From an uncultured Alphaproteobacteria bacterium (GTDB lineage: Bacteria > Pseudomonadota > Alphaproteobacteria > UBA6615), in NCBI GenBank assembly GCA_943787445.1, contig CALSML010000004.1:15214-79213 (forward strand): a DNA stretch of 64,000 nt, given 5' to 3'. The notes under the pieces are model-generated. The model did no database searches. It was not told the origin of the DNA and saw only the letters and a program-made list of their open reading frames with translations. Shown here one piece after another: positions 17,870 through 28,885 of the stretch. The number at the start of each line of letters is the position of its first letter. The stretch's first letter is position 1. The position numbers and the translations under genes were made by a program.

Positions 17870-20324
17870 CACCCGATCTGCCCGATATCCTTGCTGACTG
17901 GTTCGCCACGCGTGGCTGGGCCCCGCACGGCCATCAGCTGGCGATGCTCGATGCGGCGCCGCGGCGCGCCTCCGCACTGCTGATCGCGCCCACCGGCGGC
18001 GGCAAGACCTTGGCCGGGTTTCTGCCCAGCTCTGACTGAACTGATTCCGCCGATCCGCTGCCCGATGGATTGCACACGCTCTATATCTCGCCGCTGAAGG
18101 CGCTGGCGGTGGATATTCACCGCAATCTGGAAGCAGCCGATTGCGGAGATGGCGCTGCCGATCCGGGCCGAAACCCGGACCGGGGATACGCCCGCAGTCC
18201 AAGCGGCAGCGCCAGAGCAAGAAACCACCGCATATGCTGATGACGACGCCGGAAAGTCTGGCGCTGTTGCTGTCCTACGAGGATGCGCCGGAGATTTTTC
18301 CTCCCTGCGCTGTGTGATCTGGATGAGTTGCACGCCATCGAGGATAACAAGCGCGGCGATCTTCTGTCGCTCGGGCTGTCCCGCCTGCAGGCACTGGCCC
18401 CGCATGCCCGCCGGGTCGGGTTGAGCGCCACGGTCGCCGAGCCGGACCGCCTGCGCCGCTGGCTGTCGACGAGCGGGCATGCGGAAGATGTGCAGCTGGT
18501 GCTGGGCGAAGCCGGCGCCGAACCGGATGTGAAGGTGCTCGAAACCGTGCGAGATGCCCTGGTCCGGGCATATGGGGGCGCATGCGGTACCGGAAATCTA
18601 TGAACGGCTGCAAAGCGGCGCGGACAACGCTCGTGTTCGTGAACACGCGCGCCCAGGCCGAGATCGTGTTTCAGGAACTCTGGCGGCTGAACGAGGACAA
18701 GCTGCGGATCGCCCTCCACCACGGCAGCCTGGCGGTCGAACAGCGCCGCAAGGTCGAAGCGGCGATGGTGCGCGGCGATCTCGATGCGGTGGTGGCGACC
18801 TCCTCGCTCGATCTCGGGGTCGACTGGGCCGCGGTCGATCTGGTGATGCAGGTCGGCGCGCCCAAAGGGCGCGACCCGCCTGCTGCAGCGAATCGGTCGC
18901 GCCAACCATCAGCTCGACAATCCCAGCCAGGCCGTGCTGGTGCCGGCCAACCGGTTCGAAGTGCTCGAGTGTCGCGCCGCGCTGGATGCCATTCGCCGCC
19001 CATACACTCGACGGCATTCCCGAACGCCCCGGCGGGCTCGATGTGCTGGCCCAGCACATTCTGGGCACGGCCTGTGCGGGGCCGGTGGATCGGGCGGCTG
19101 CTTACGCGCAGGTCCGCACGGCCGGTCCCTATGCGGGCTGTCGCGTGAGGATTTCGATGATGTCTTCGAGTTCGTCGCGACCGGCGGCTACGCGCTGGGC
19201 GCCTATGAGCGCTTCCGGCGGCTGCACGAGAACGACGGACGGGCTTTACGAGATTCCGAGCAAGACTGCGATCCGCGACTACCGCATGAATGTGGGCACC
19301 ATCGTCGAGGCCCCGACCCTGAAGGTGCGGCATGGGCCGCGGCCGGGTGCTGGGCGAGGTCGAGGAGAGCTTCGTCAACTATCTGACCGCCGGCGACACC
19401 TTCGTCTTTGCCGGGCGCTTGCTGGAATTCGTCGAAGTGCGCGAGACAAGCGTGATCACCCGGCCGGGCAAGGGTGATGCGCCGGCCGTGCCCGCCTATG
19501 TGGGCGGGCGGTTGCCGCTCTCGACCCATCTGGCCGACCGGGTGCGGACGATCCTGTCGGACCCGACGACGCTGGCCGGCACTTGCCCGAACAGGTCGCG
19601 GAATGGCTGGAGGTCCAGCGCTGGCGTTCGCTGCTGCCGAGCCGCGACGGGCTGCTGGTGGAAAGCTTTCCGCGCGGCAACAAGCATTATCTGGTCGCCT
19701 ATTGCTTCGAGGGACGGAACGCCCACCAGACACTGGGCATGTTGCTGACCCGGCGCATGGAACGCGCGGGCTCTAACCCGCTCGGCTTTGTCGCAACCGA
19801 TTATGTGCTCGGGGTGTGGAGCACCCGATCGGCCGAGAATGCCGATCTGGCTGCGTTGTTTTCCGAAGACATGCTGGGCGATGATCTGGAAGCGTGGATG
19901 GCGGAATCCTCCATGCTCAAACGCACATTCCGGAACGTCGCGGTGATCGCCGGGCTGATCCAGCGCCGTCATCCCGGCGAGGAGAAAGCCGGCGACAGGT
20001 CACCTTCAACTCGGACCTGATCTATGACGTGCTGCGCTCCCACGAACCCAACCACGTGCTGCTGCGCGCGACCCGGGCCGATGCCGCGTCGGGCCTGACC
20101 GATGTGCGGCGGCTCGCCGACATGCTCGCCCGCGTAAAGGGCAGATCACCCATCGGCATCTGGACAGGGTCTCACCGCTGGCGGTGCCGATCCTGCTGGA
20201 GATCGGCCGTGAGAGCGTCTACGGCGCGGCGATCGACGAGTTGTTGGGGGAATCAGCCGACGCGCTTATCTCTGAAGCCATGGAAAACACCGGCACAAAG
20301 GAACTGGGCTTCGATGCCGCCTGA
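17866..20324 (+). pseudogene. ligase-associated DNA damage response DEXH-box helicase (Lhr-like), many frameshifts
   Basis: Conserved pieces are scattered over all three + frames: 'LLIAPTGGGKTLAGFLPS', 'GLHTLYISPLKALAVDIHRNLE', 'LDELHAIEDNKRGDLLSLGLSRL...VGLSATV', 'LVFVNTRAQAEIVFQELW...HHGSL' and 'FVATDYVLGVW...LKRTFRNVAVIAGL'. The gene ends 'ELGFDAA*'. Confidence 0.8.
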
Positions 20325-21052
20325 ACGCGAGACCCACCGCACCGACCTTCCCTGTCACCATCGGTGGGCAGACGGTCGTGCTCGATCATTCCGGGGCGCG
20401 CCTGTCTGCCCGAGACCGAGGATCTGCTTGTCGCCGATCTGCATTTCGAGAAGGGCTCGGCCTTTGCCGCGCGCGGGCAGGCGATGCTGCCGCCCTATGA
20501 CACGGCAGAAACCCTGCGCCGGCTCGAAAAGGTGATCGCGCCGGGTAAGCCCGCCCGGGTCGTCTGTATGGGCGACACCCTGCACGACCTGTCCGGGGAA
20601 GCCCGCATGTCGGAGAGCGACCGCAACCGTCTGGCCCGGATGGTTGCGCGCAGGACTGGGTCTGGATCGCCGGCAACCACGATCCGGCCCCGCCCGCAGG
20701 GCTATGGGGGCAGCGCTACGGAAGAATTGCGGGTCGGTGATCTTCTGCTGCGCCACGATGTGGCCCGCGGTGCCGATGCCGCGATCCCGGCAGGCGAAGT
20801 GATCGGTCACTATCATCCCAAGGCTGCCGTGCGCGCGCGGCGGGCGGCGCATCTCCGGGCCGGTGCTTTGCGACCGACGGCCGGCTGCTGATCCTGCCGG
20901 CCTTTGGCGCCTTCACCGGGGGGTTGAATGCCCGCGAGCCTGCCATTGCAGGTCTGCTGAAGGGAGATTTCCAGGTCTTCATGATTGGCAAGAACGGCCT
21001 GTTCGGGTTTCGCCGGGAACAGCTGATCGCTGATCCGAAACGCGCGGCGTGA
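20314..21052 (+). pseudogene. pdeM: ligase-associated DNA damage response endonuclease PdeM (metallophosphoesterase), frameshifted
   Basis: 'LLVADLHFEKGSAF', 'VVCMGDTLHD', 'WIAGNHDP' (own translation) and 'LILPAFGAFTGGLN' lie in different frames. ATG 20314 overlaps the helicase stop. Confidence 0.7.
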
Positions 21053-21089
21053 CGTAAAAATAGATTAATTCTGCTTCAACGGTTGCCCC

Positions 21090-22549
21090 ATGTCTTTAAA
21101 GCCGCCCGTCATCGTCTGGTTCCGTCAGGATCTGCGGATCACAGACAATCCTGCTCTGGCGGCTGCGGCTCAATCCGGGCGCATCCGATCCGCGCGCTCT
21201 ATGTGCTTGACGAGGACAGCGATGGTATCCGCGCCCATGGCGGGGCGTCGCGCTGGTGGCTTGCACAATTCCCTCGAATCCCTGACGGATGGCCTTCTGA
21301 CCGCGCGGCCTGACGCCTGTCCTGGCGGCGTGGTCCGGCGGCCAACGTGCTTGCGGACCTGATCGAAGAGACCGGAGCCAGCGCGGTTTACTGGAACCGC
21401 TGCTACGAGCCTTGGGCGGTCGCGCGGGATACGGCAATCAAGGAGCAGTTGAAAGAGCGTGGCGTTGAGGCCGAAAGCTTCAACGGCTCTTTGCTGCTGG
21501 AGCCGTGGCAGATCAAGACCGGGCAGGGCGGTCCCTACAAGGTCTTCACGCCTTTCTGGAAGCAGTTGCGGGATATTTATCGGCTGCCCGGTGCGGTGGA
21601 TATTTCCGATGACCTGCCGTGTGCCACCGATGTTCGCAGCGATGATCTGGCCGACTGGGGCCTGTTGCCCACGGCACCGGACTGGGCGGATGGTATTCGT
21701 GCGGCCTGGACGGTCGGTGAGGACGCGGCGCGGGACCTGCTGGCTGACTTCCTCGATGGTCCGGTGGCGGACTATCCCGACGACCGGAACCGGCCGGACC
21801 GTGTGGGGACCAGCCGCCTTTCGCCCTATCTGCACTGGGGCGAGATCGGGCCCGATCAGGTCTGGCGCGCGGCTGTGCCGCTTCTGGACAAGGGTGGCGC
21901 CACGGCCAGGGGCGCCGAAAGCCTGCTGCGGGAGCTGGCCTGGCGGGATTTCAACCACCACCTAGTGTTTCATTTCCCCGAAATCGCGACGGAAAACTGG
22001 AAATCCCAGTTCAACGACTTCCCGTGGCGGGACGATCCCGAGGGACTTGCCGCGTGGCAGCAAGGATGTACCGGTTATCCGATTGTCGATGCCGGGATGC
22101 GTGAGTTGTGGCACACGGGGTGGATGCACAACCGGGTCCGGATGGTGGTGGGTTCGTTCCTGATCAAGGATCTTCTTACACATTGGCGCGACGGAGAAGC
22201 GTGGTTCTGGGATATGCTGGTCGATGCGGATCTGGCGAACAATGCCGGGAACTGGCAATGGGTTGCCGGATCGGGCGCCGATGCATCGCCGTTTTTTCGC
22301 ATCTTCAACCCTATCACTCAGGGTGAAAAATTCGATCCCGAGGGAGATTATGTGCGCCGCTGGGTTCCGGAGCTCGGGAATGTGCCAGCGAAGTGGATTC
22401 ACAAACCTTGGGAGGCGCCCGAAGAGGTGCGTTCCCAAGCAGGTGTCCGGCTGGGCGAAGATTACCCCGAGCCGCGGGTTGATCATCGTGTGGCCCGGGA
22501 CCGGGCGCTCGCAGCTTACAAATCCCTGCGCGAAGAAGAGCCCGACTGA
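21090..22549 (+). pseudogene. phrB: deoxyribodipyrimidine photolyase, frameshifts confined to the first ~85 codons
   Basis: 'VIVWFRQDLRITDNPAL' (frame of 21090), 'LYVLDEDSDGIRAHGGASRWWL' (frame of 21083) and 'HNSLESL' alternate between frames. From 21347 onward a clean 400-aa ORF carries 'GYPIVDAGMRELWHTGWMHNRVRM'. Confidence 0.85.
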
Positions 22550-22664
22550 TCTGCCGTCGAAGTCATTCAGTCTTCAAAACGTCAGCTTAGTGTCACCAAT
22601 GCATCTCTGATACGAGCTGTTCAGGGCCCGTATTTCCTTTTACTGTCCGGCCGGAGCCAGACCG

Positions 22665-24662
22665 ATGACCACCGATTCCGACGAATTCGCCACCCGGGCG
22701 GAAGCCTTCGAAGCTTCCGAAAATCGTCCCGCAAACTCCTCCACGACCGCCAATCTCGGCGATGTCGTTCAGGCGCGCTATCCCAGCCGCCGCAGTCTGC
22801 TGCGCGGGATGACCGCCGTGGCCGCAGTCACGGCGATCACCACACCGCTGGAAACCCTCGTGTCCCGCGCTGCCCGTGCGGCTAGTGCGCCGTTCACATT
22901 CGCCGAAATCGAACACGGCATTGATGAAACTCACCACGTGTCTGAGGGCTACGACGCCGATATCCTGATCCGCTGGGGCGATCCGGTTCTCGCGGATGCG
23001 CCGGAATTCGAGCCTTCGGCGCAGACGGCTGCGGCTCAGGCCCTCCAGTTTGGCTACAACAATGATTTTGTCGGCATCGCGCCCCTGCCGTTCGGGTCCG
23101 GGAATTCGACGCGCGCTCTGCTCTGTGTGAATCACGAATACACCAATGAAGAAGTGATGTTCCCGGAAATTCGTCGTCAGGATGAAATCGGATTTCCCGA
23201 CATGACCCCGGAACTGGTCGCGATCGAGATGGCGGCCCATGGGGGCACGATCCTGCAGGTCGAGAAGTTTGCCGGAAAATGGCGGCCCGCTCGGGATCGG
23301 ACCTATAACCGTCGAATTACCGCCGACACGCCCATGCAGATATCAGGCCCGGCAGCCGGGCATGACCGGTTGAAAACGAAGGCGGATCCGACCGGCAGGC
23401 AGGTGCGCGGTACTCTCAACAATTGCGCCGGAGGCATAACGCCCTGGGGCACCTATCTGATGGCCGAGGAGAATTTCCATGGCTATTTCTGGGGCAAACT
23501 TTCCCGATTCCACCCCGAAGTCCGAAATTACAAACGCTACGGGGTGCCGGGTAACTGGTACGTCTGGGGCCGTTATCACGACCGGTTCGATATCGCGAAA
23601 GAGCCCAATGAAGCCAATCGGTTTGGCTGGGTGGTCGAGGTCGATCCCTATGACCCCGCCTCCACACCGGTGAAGCGCACGGCCATGGGTCGTTTCAAGC
23701 ATGAAGGCGCGCATCCGATCATCAATGGCGATGGCCGGGTTGTGATCTATCAGGGTGACGATCAGCAGTTCGACTATCTCTACAAATTCGTCTCCGAGGG
23801 TCGCTACGACCCCAACAACCGTGCGGCGAACCGCGATCTGCTCGACCGGGGCACCCTGTATGTCGCGCGCTTTGATGCGGATGGCACCATGAGCTGGCTG
23901 CCGCTGGTGCACGGGCGGGGTCCTCTGACTCTGGCCAACGGGTTTGCAAGCCAGGCTGATGTGCTGATCGAAACCCGGCGCGCGGCCGACCTGCTCGAAG
24001 CCACGCCCATGGACCGGCCCGAGGATGTGGAGCCCAACCCGGTGACCAATGCGGTCTATGTGATGCTGACCAACAATTCCCGGCGCAAGACCGGCAAGGC
24101 GGATGCTGCCAACCCCCGGACCCGGAACATGTTTGGCCATATTCTGGAGCTCACCCCGCCGGATGGAGATCACGGTGCTAAGACATACCGCTGGGACATT
24201 CTGGTGATGTGCGGTGACCCGTCAAAGCCCGAGCACCGGACTCGGTGGGGGTCGGCGACATCCGAGAATGGCTGGTTCGGCTCCCCGGACAATTGCGCCG
24301 TCGACCATCAGGGGCGCTTGTGGGTGACCACCGATCAGGGCGAAAGATGGGCCCGGACCGGCACGGCGGACGGGGTCTGGGCGCTGGAAACCGAAGGTTC
24401 CGGCCGGGGCAGCGGTCGGATGTTTTTCCGCGTACCGGTCGGCGCAGAGATGTGCGGCCCGGTCTTCACACCGGATGACCAGACCCTGTTCGTGGCCGTG
24501 CAGCATGTCGCGGTGGATGGCGCAAAGGATTACAAGCCTTTCGGCAAGGTCTCGAGCTTTGCGGATCCTGCGACCCGCTGGCCGGATTTCGATCCGAAGA
24601 TGCCACCGCGCCCGTCAGTCGTGGCAATCACCCGCAACGGCGGTGGCCGGATCGGCGGCTGA
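22665..24662 (+). CDS. phoX: PhoX family alkaline phosphatase (DUF839), Tat-exported
   Basis: 665 aa with the twin-arginine signal 'SRRSLLRGMTAVAAV' and 'NNCAGGITPWGTYL' and 'PDNCAVD' motifs. Confidence 0.8.
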   Translation: MTTDSDEFATRAEAFEASENRPANSSTTANLGDVVQARYPSRRSLLRGMTAVAAVTAITTPLETLVSRAARAASAPFTFAEIEHGIDETHHVSEGYDADILIRWGDPVLADAPEFEPSAQTAAAQALQFGYNNDFVGIAPLPFGSGNSTRALLCVNHEYTNEEVMFPEIRRQDEIGFPDMTPELVAIEMAAHGGTILQVEKFAGKWRPARDRTYNRRITADTPMQISGPAAGHDRLKTKADPTGRQVRGTLNNCAGGITPWGTYLMAEENFHGYFWGKLSRFHPEVRNYKRYGVPGNWYVWGRYHDRFDIAKEPNEANRFGWVVEVDPYDPASTPVKRTAMGRFKHEGAHPIINGDGRVVIYQGDDQQFDYLYKFVSEGRYDPNNRAANRDLLDRGTLYVARFDADGTMSWLPLVHGRGPLTLANGFASQADVLIETRRAADLLEATPMDRPEDVEPNPVTNAVYVMLTNNSRRKTGKADAANPRTRNMFGHILELTPPDGDHGAKTYRWDILVMCGDPSKPEHRTRWGSATSENGWFGSPDNCAVDHQGRLWVTTDQGERWARTGTADGVWALETEGSGRGSGRMFFRVPVGAEMCGPVFTPDDQTLFVAVQHVAVDGAKDYKPFGKVSSFADPATRWPDFDPKMPPRPSVVAITRNGGGRIGG

Positions 24663-24663
24663 T

Positions 24664-25731
24664 CTAGCGTGCCACCGGCGGGCGCAGTTCGAAGACGAAC
24701 CAGATGATGGCGGTGAACAGGACCATCGCACCGGCCTGATGACACGCGGCCAGATGCACCGGGACCACCAGCAGAAGTGTGCTGATTCCCAGCGCGACCT
24801 GCAGCAGGGCTGTCGTAAGCAGGATATTGGCCGCGCGACGTGCGCGTGGAATCAGGGCCAGCCAGCGGCTGCGCCACCAAACCGCAACCGCCAAGGCAAA
24901 ACCCGTCAGGGCCAGCAGTCGATGGTGGAACTGGATCGTGCCATGGTCCTCGAAGGGGGCGGCGAGGGTTTCGAAATAGCCCGGCGGGATCAGCCGTCCC
25001 TCCATCAGCGGGAAGGTGTTGAAGATCAGCCCGGCATCGGTACCGGCCACAAACGCGCCCGAGACAGTGGTGATCGCAATCAGGCCGAGTGCCATCAGGG
25101 CCAGCTGACGGGTCTGACGGTGACGTGCATCGCCGATCGACATGCGCTGGGGGTAGAATAGCGACAGACCGGTCCAGACCAACAGGCCGTAGATCAGGAA
25201 TGCCAGTGAGAGATGGGCGGCGAGCCGGTACTGGCTGACCTCAGGCACGTCGACCAGGCCGCTCTTGACCATGTACCAGCCCAGGATACCCTGAGCACCA
25301 CCCAGAACGAAGAGACCCAGCAGCTTGACGGCAAGGACACCGCGCACGCGCCCTCGGATCAGGAACCAGAGAAACGGTAGGAAAAACACCAGTCCGATCA
25401 GCCGACCCCAGAGGCGGTGTACATACTCCCACCAGAAAATACCGCGGAAGGCATCCAGCGTCATGCCCGCATTCACTTCGAGATATTGCGGACTGGCCCG
25501 GTACAGATCGAAGACCCGCTGCCAGGCCTCACCGGAGAGGGGGGGCAGGAAACCATAGACCGGGCGCCATTCGACCATCGAAAGTCCCGAACCGGTCAGC
25601 CGGGTGACGCCGCCGATCACCACCATCGCCAGCACCATGCCGGCGCAGGCAAACAGCCATAGCGCCACGGCGCGGCTGTCCTGTGGCCGTTGTTTCGGGG
25701 CGTCAGATGTCTGTGTGGTGCGTGTGGTCAT
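24664..25731 (-). CDS. ctaA: heme A synthase (COX15/CtaA)
   Basis: 355 aa, polytopic, with conserved His-containing helices ('WWEYVHRLWGR', 'FHHRLLA'). Confidence 0.85.
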   Translation of the reverse strand: MTTRTTQTSDAPKQRPQDSRAVALWLFACAGMVLAMVVIGGVTRLTGSGLSMVEWRPVYGFLPPLSGEAWQRVFDLYRASPQYLEVNAGMTLDAFRGIFWWEYVHRLWGRLIGLVFFLPFLWFLIRGRVRGVLAVKLLGLFVLGGAQGILGWYMVKSGLVDVPEVSQYRLAAHLSLAFLIYGLLVWTGLSLFYPQRMSIGDARHRQTRQLALMALGLIAITTVSGAFVAGTDAGLIFNTFPLMEGRLIPPGYFETLAAPFEDHGTIQFHHRLLALTGFALAVAVWWRSRWLALIPRARRAANILLTTALLQVALGISTLLLVVPVHLAACHQAGAMVLFTAIIWFVFELRPPVAR

Positions 25732-25832
25732 CCGGGTGTCCGTTTCGCGAGAAATCTGGAACCCAAAGATGCCATGTGCAAGACGGCGCGCCTATCGGTC
25801 GCAGGCGCGCCACAACTTGCAGAAGTGGTGTT

Positions 25833-26855
25833 CTACTCGACGGTCCAGGTCTGTCCGCCATGCAGCAGCTTGGCGAGATCACCCTCGCCATCCTTGCGGG
25901 CATGCTCGATCTGGGCATGAACCGAGCTGTCATAGGTGGGCGCGCTCTCGCAATACAGAACACCCAGCGCGACCGGCATGGTTGGCGGGTCCATCTGGGC
26001 TAGCATGGTCGCGAGCGACCGGTTGGTCTCGTCATGCACGGCGATATCGGCTTCCGTGATGCCGTTTTCGCCCAGAGTGACAACATCAAGGCGCATCTCG
26101 TCCTTGTTCAGGACCAGACCCTTGCTCTTGTCCTTGCCGAACAGCAGCGGCTGGCCGTGCTCCACATGAATCTGCATCTCGTCCTGCACGCTCTTCTCGG
26201 TGAAGTGCTTGAAGGCGCCGTCATTGTAGACAATGCAATTCTGGAAGATTTCCACGAAGGAGGTCCCGCGATGCCCATGGGCGCGCTTGAGAACTTCGGG
26301 CAGATGCTTCTGCAGAATGTCCGAGGAACGGGCGATGAAGGTGCCGCCAACGCCCAGTGCAAACTGGGCCGCGGACACCGGGTTGTCGATCGAACCCATC
26401 GGGGTTGATGGCGAACGGGTGCCGATCTTCGAGGTCGGGGAATACTGCCCTTTGGTCAGGCCGTAGATCTGGTTGTTGAACAGCAGAATCTGCAGGTCGA
26501 TGTTGCGCCGGATGGCGTGCATCGTGTGATTTCCGCCGATCGACAGCATGTCGCCATCGCCGCCGACCACCCAGATGTCGAGCTCCGGATTGGAAAGCTT
26601 CACGCCCGTGGCAACAGCCGGTGAGCGGCCATGGATCGTGTGGAAGCCATAGGTTTCCATGTAATAAGGGAATCGAGCTGCACAGCCGATACCCGAAACG
26701 AAGACGGTGCTCTTCGGGTCAGCTTCCAGCTGGGCCAGCGTGTTCTGGACCGCCTTCAGGATCGCGTAGTCACCGCAACCGGGGCACCAGCGAACTTCCT
26801 GGTCGGTCGCGAAGTCGCGCGCGGTCAGTTTTTCCGGGGGGCTTTGGACATTCAT
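25833..26855 (-). CDS. korB: 2-oxoglutarate:ferredoxin oxidoreductase subunit beta
   Basis: 'WCPGCGDYAIL' and the TPP-binding 'GGDGDMLSIGGNH'. The start at 'MNVQSPP' (26855) is 1 nt after the korA stop. Confidence 0.85.
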   Translation of the reverse strand: MNVQSPPEKLTARDFATDQEVRWCPGCGDYAILKAVQNTLAQLEADPKSTVFVSGIGCAARFPYYMETYGFHTIHGRSPAVATGVKLSNPELDIWVVGGDGDMLSIGGNHTMHAIRRNIDLQILLFNNQIYGLTKGQYSPTSKIGTRSPSTPMGSIDNPVSAAQFALGVGGTFIARSSDILQKHLPEVLKRAHGHRGTSFVEIFQNCIVYNDGAFKHFTEKSVQDEMQIHVEHGQPLLFGKDKSKGLVLNKDEMRLDVVTLGENGITEADIAVHDETNRSLATMLAQMDPPTMPVALGVLYCESAPTYDSSVHAQIEHARKDGEGDLAKLLHGGQTWTVE

Positions 26856-26856
26856 C

Positions 26857-28730
26857 TTATTTCTCCAGCCGTGTTCGGATTGCGTCTTCAAGTTCGCCAA
26901 TCAGGAACGGTTTGCCGTTGACCTTGTTCAGACCTTCGGCGGGCACCAGATATTCCGCACGCAGCAATGTGCGGAGCTGACCGGTGTTCATTTCCGCGAC
27001 GAGGACCTGATCGTAGCTTTTCAGCAGTTCCTCGAGATTGCGCGGCAGCGGCCAGATGTAGCGCAGATGAATCTGCGACACGTCGTAACCATCATCGCGC
27101 ATGTTGTTCACAGCGCGGTTGATCGGCCCGAAGGTCGAACCCCAACCCACAATCGCAAGCTTGCCACCGGGCGCGCCGACCTCGACTTCCTGTTCGGGAA
27201 TGTCGTCGGCGATGCCGTTGATCTTGGCCGCACGCACATCAGTCATTTTCTGGTGATTGTCCGGGTCATAGGAAATATGGCCGGTGTCATAAGATCGCTC
27301 GATGCCACCGATGCGATGCATCAGCTCCGGCGTTCCCGGTTTCACCCAGGGACGGGCCAGGGTCTTGTCGTCACGCAGGAACGGATGGAAATTTTCCGGA
27401 TCGGTACGGAATTCAACGTCGAACCGCTCATAGCTCGACGGGTCGGGGATTCGCCAGGGTTCCGAGGCATTGGTGATGTAACCATCCGTCAGCACCATGA
27501 CCGGCGTCATGTACTTGGTCGCGAGGCGAATGGCCTCGATCGCCACGTCATACCCGTCTGAGGGCGTCGACACGGAAATCACCGGCATCGGCGCGTCCGC
27601 GTTGCGGCCGAAGACTGCCTGATAGAGATCCGACTGTTCGGTTTTTGTCGGCAGACCGGTCGAGGGCCCGGCGCGCTGCGAGTTCACGATCGACCATGGG
27701 CAATTCGGTGCCGATGGCCAGGCCGATGGCCTCCATCTTGAGGGCAATCCCCGGGCCCGAACTCGATGTGACGCCCAGCGAACCGGCATAGGAGGCGCCG
27801 AGTGCGGCTGCGGCCGCCGCGATCTCGTCTTCGGCCTGGAAGGTCACGACGCCGAAATTCTTCATCCGTGCCAGCTGATGGAGCAGGGCCGAAGCCGGTG
27901 TGATCGGATAGGAGCAGAACGAGATGTTCAGACCGGCAAGCTGTGAGCCAGCGAGCAAGCCCAGAGGAACGGATTCGGCCCCGGTGATCGTCCGGTAGAC
28001 ACCCGGTTCGATCTGCGCCTCGTTCCACTTCGAAGGTGCCCAGTTCGGCGGGCATTTCGGCGGTTTCGCCAAAGGCATGACCGGCATTCAGCGCGGCGAT
28101 ATTGGCATCGGCGATCTCCGGCATTCTTGGCGAATTTGGTCTTCAGCCAGTCGACCGAGGCCTGCCGCTTGCGGCCATACATCCAGTAGATCAGGCCCAG
28201 CGCCCACATGTTCTTCGAGCGGAGCGCTTCCTTGTTGGAGAGGCCGAATTCCTTGACCGCTTCGACCGTCAGTCGCGACATGTCGATCTTGACCAGCCGG
28301 TAGCCGTCGAGGCTGTCGTTCTCGAGGGGGCTTTCCGTGTATATCCCGCCTTGGTCAGGTTCCGGTCCGTGAACGCGCCGCTATCGGCGATCACGATCCC
28401 GCCGGGTTTCACGTCCGCCAGATTGGTGATCAGGGCGGCCGGGTTCATCGCGACCAGAACGTCGAGCTGATCGCCCGAGGTCATGATCTTGCGAGCGCCG
28501 AAATTGATCTGGAATGCCGACACGCCGAATGTGGTGCCTGCCGGGGCGCGAATCTCTGCCGGGAAATCCGGGAAGGTCGAAAGATCGTTCCCTTCAATCG
28601 CTGCCGTCATGGTGAAATGACTGCCGGTGAGCTGCATTCCATCGCCGGAGTCGCCTGCAAAACGGACAACTGCGGATTCGATTTCCTGCCGGTTCTCGTC
28701 CGGATGATCGATGGCCGCTACTTCAGACAT
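26857..28730 (-). pseudogene. korA: 2-oxoglutarate:ferredoxin oxidoreductase subunit alpha, frameshifted in its middle
   Basis: The N-terminus (28335-28730) and C-terminus (26857-27690) are intact. Between them '[12 protein letters not shown]', 'PEIADANIAALNAGHAFGETAEMP', 'YPITPASALLHQLA...TFQAEDEIAA' and 'VNSQRAGPSTGLPTKTEQSDL' sit in different frames. Confidence 0.8.
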
Positions 28731-28885
28731 CGGGTATTTCCTTCCCGTTAGACGTCAAACAGTTTGAAACAAACGCAGACCAGAATTCCCCCGGGCCAAA
28801 TTGCGCGTAGCTTTATCTGCTTGCACATGTGTTTCAAGCACAAACTCGGGTTTGTGCCGTCGAGTTGAAGAGTTTTGAAAATCAG

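Noticed and set aside
22550-22664. Pho box upstream of phoX
   Set aside because: There is only one decent half-site (GTGTCAC), and no second repeat at 11-bp spacing.
25785-25811. GGCGCGCC-N11-GGCGCGCC inverted repeat between korB and ctaA
   Set aside because: It is most simply a terminator-like hairpin after korB, with a weak U-tract. Nothing suggests more.
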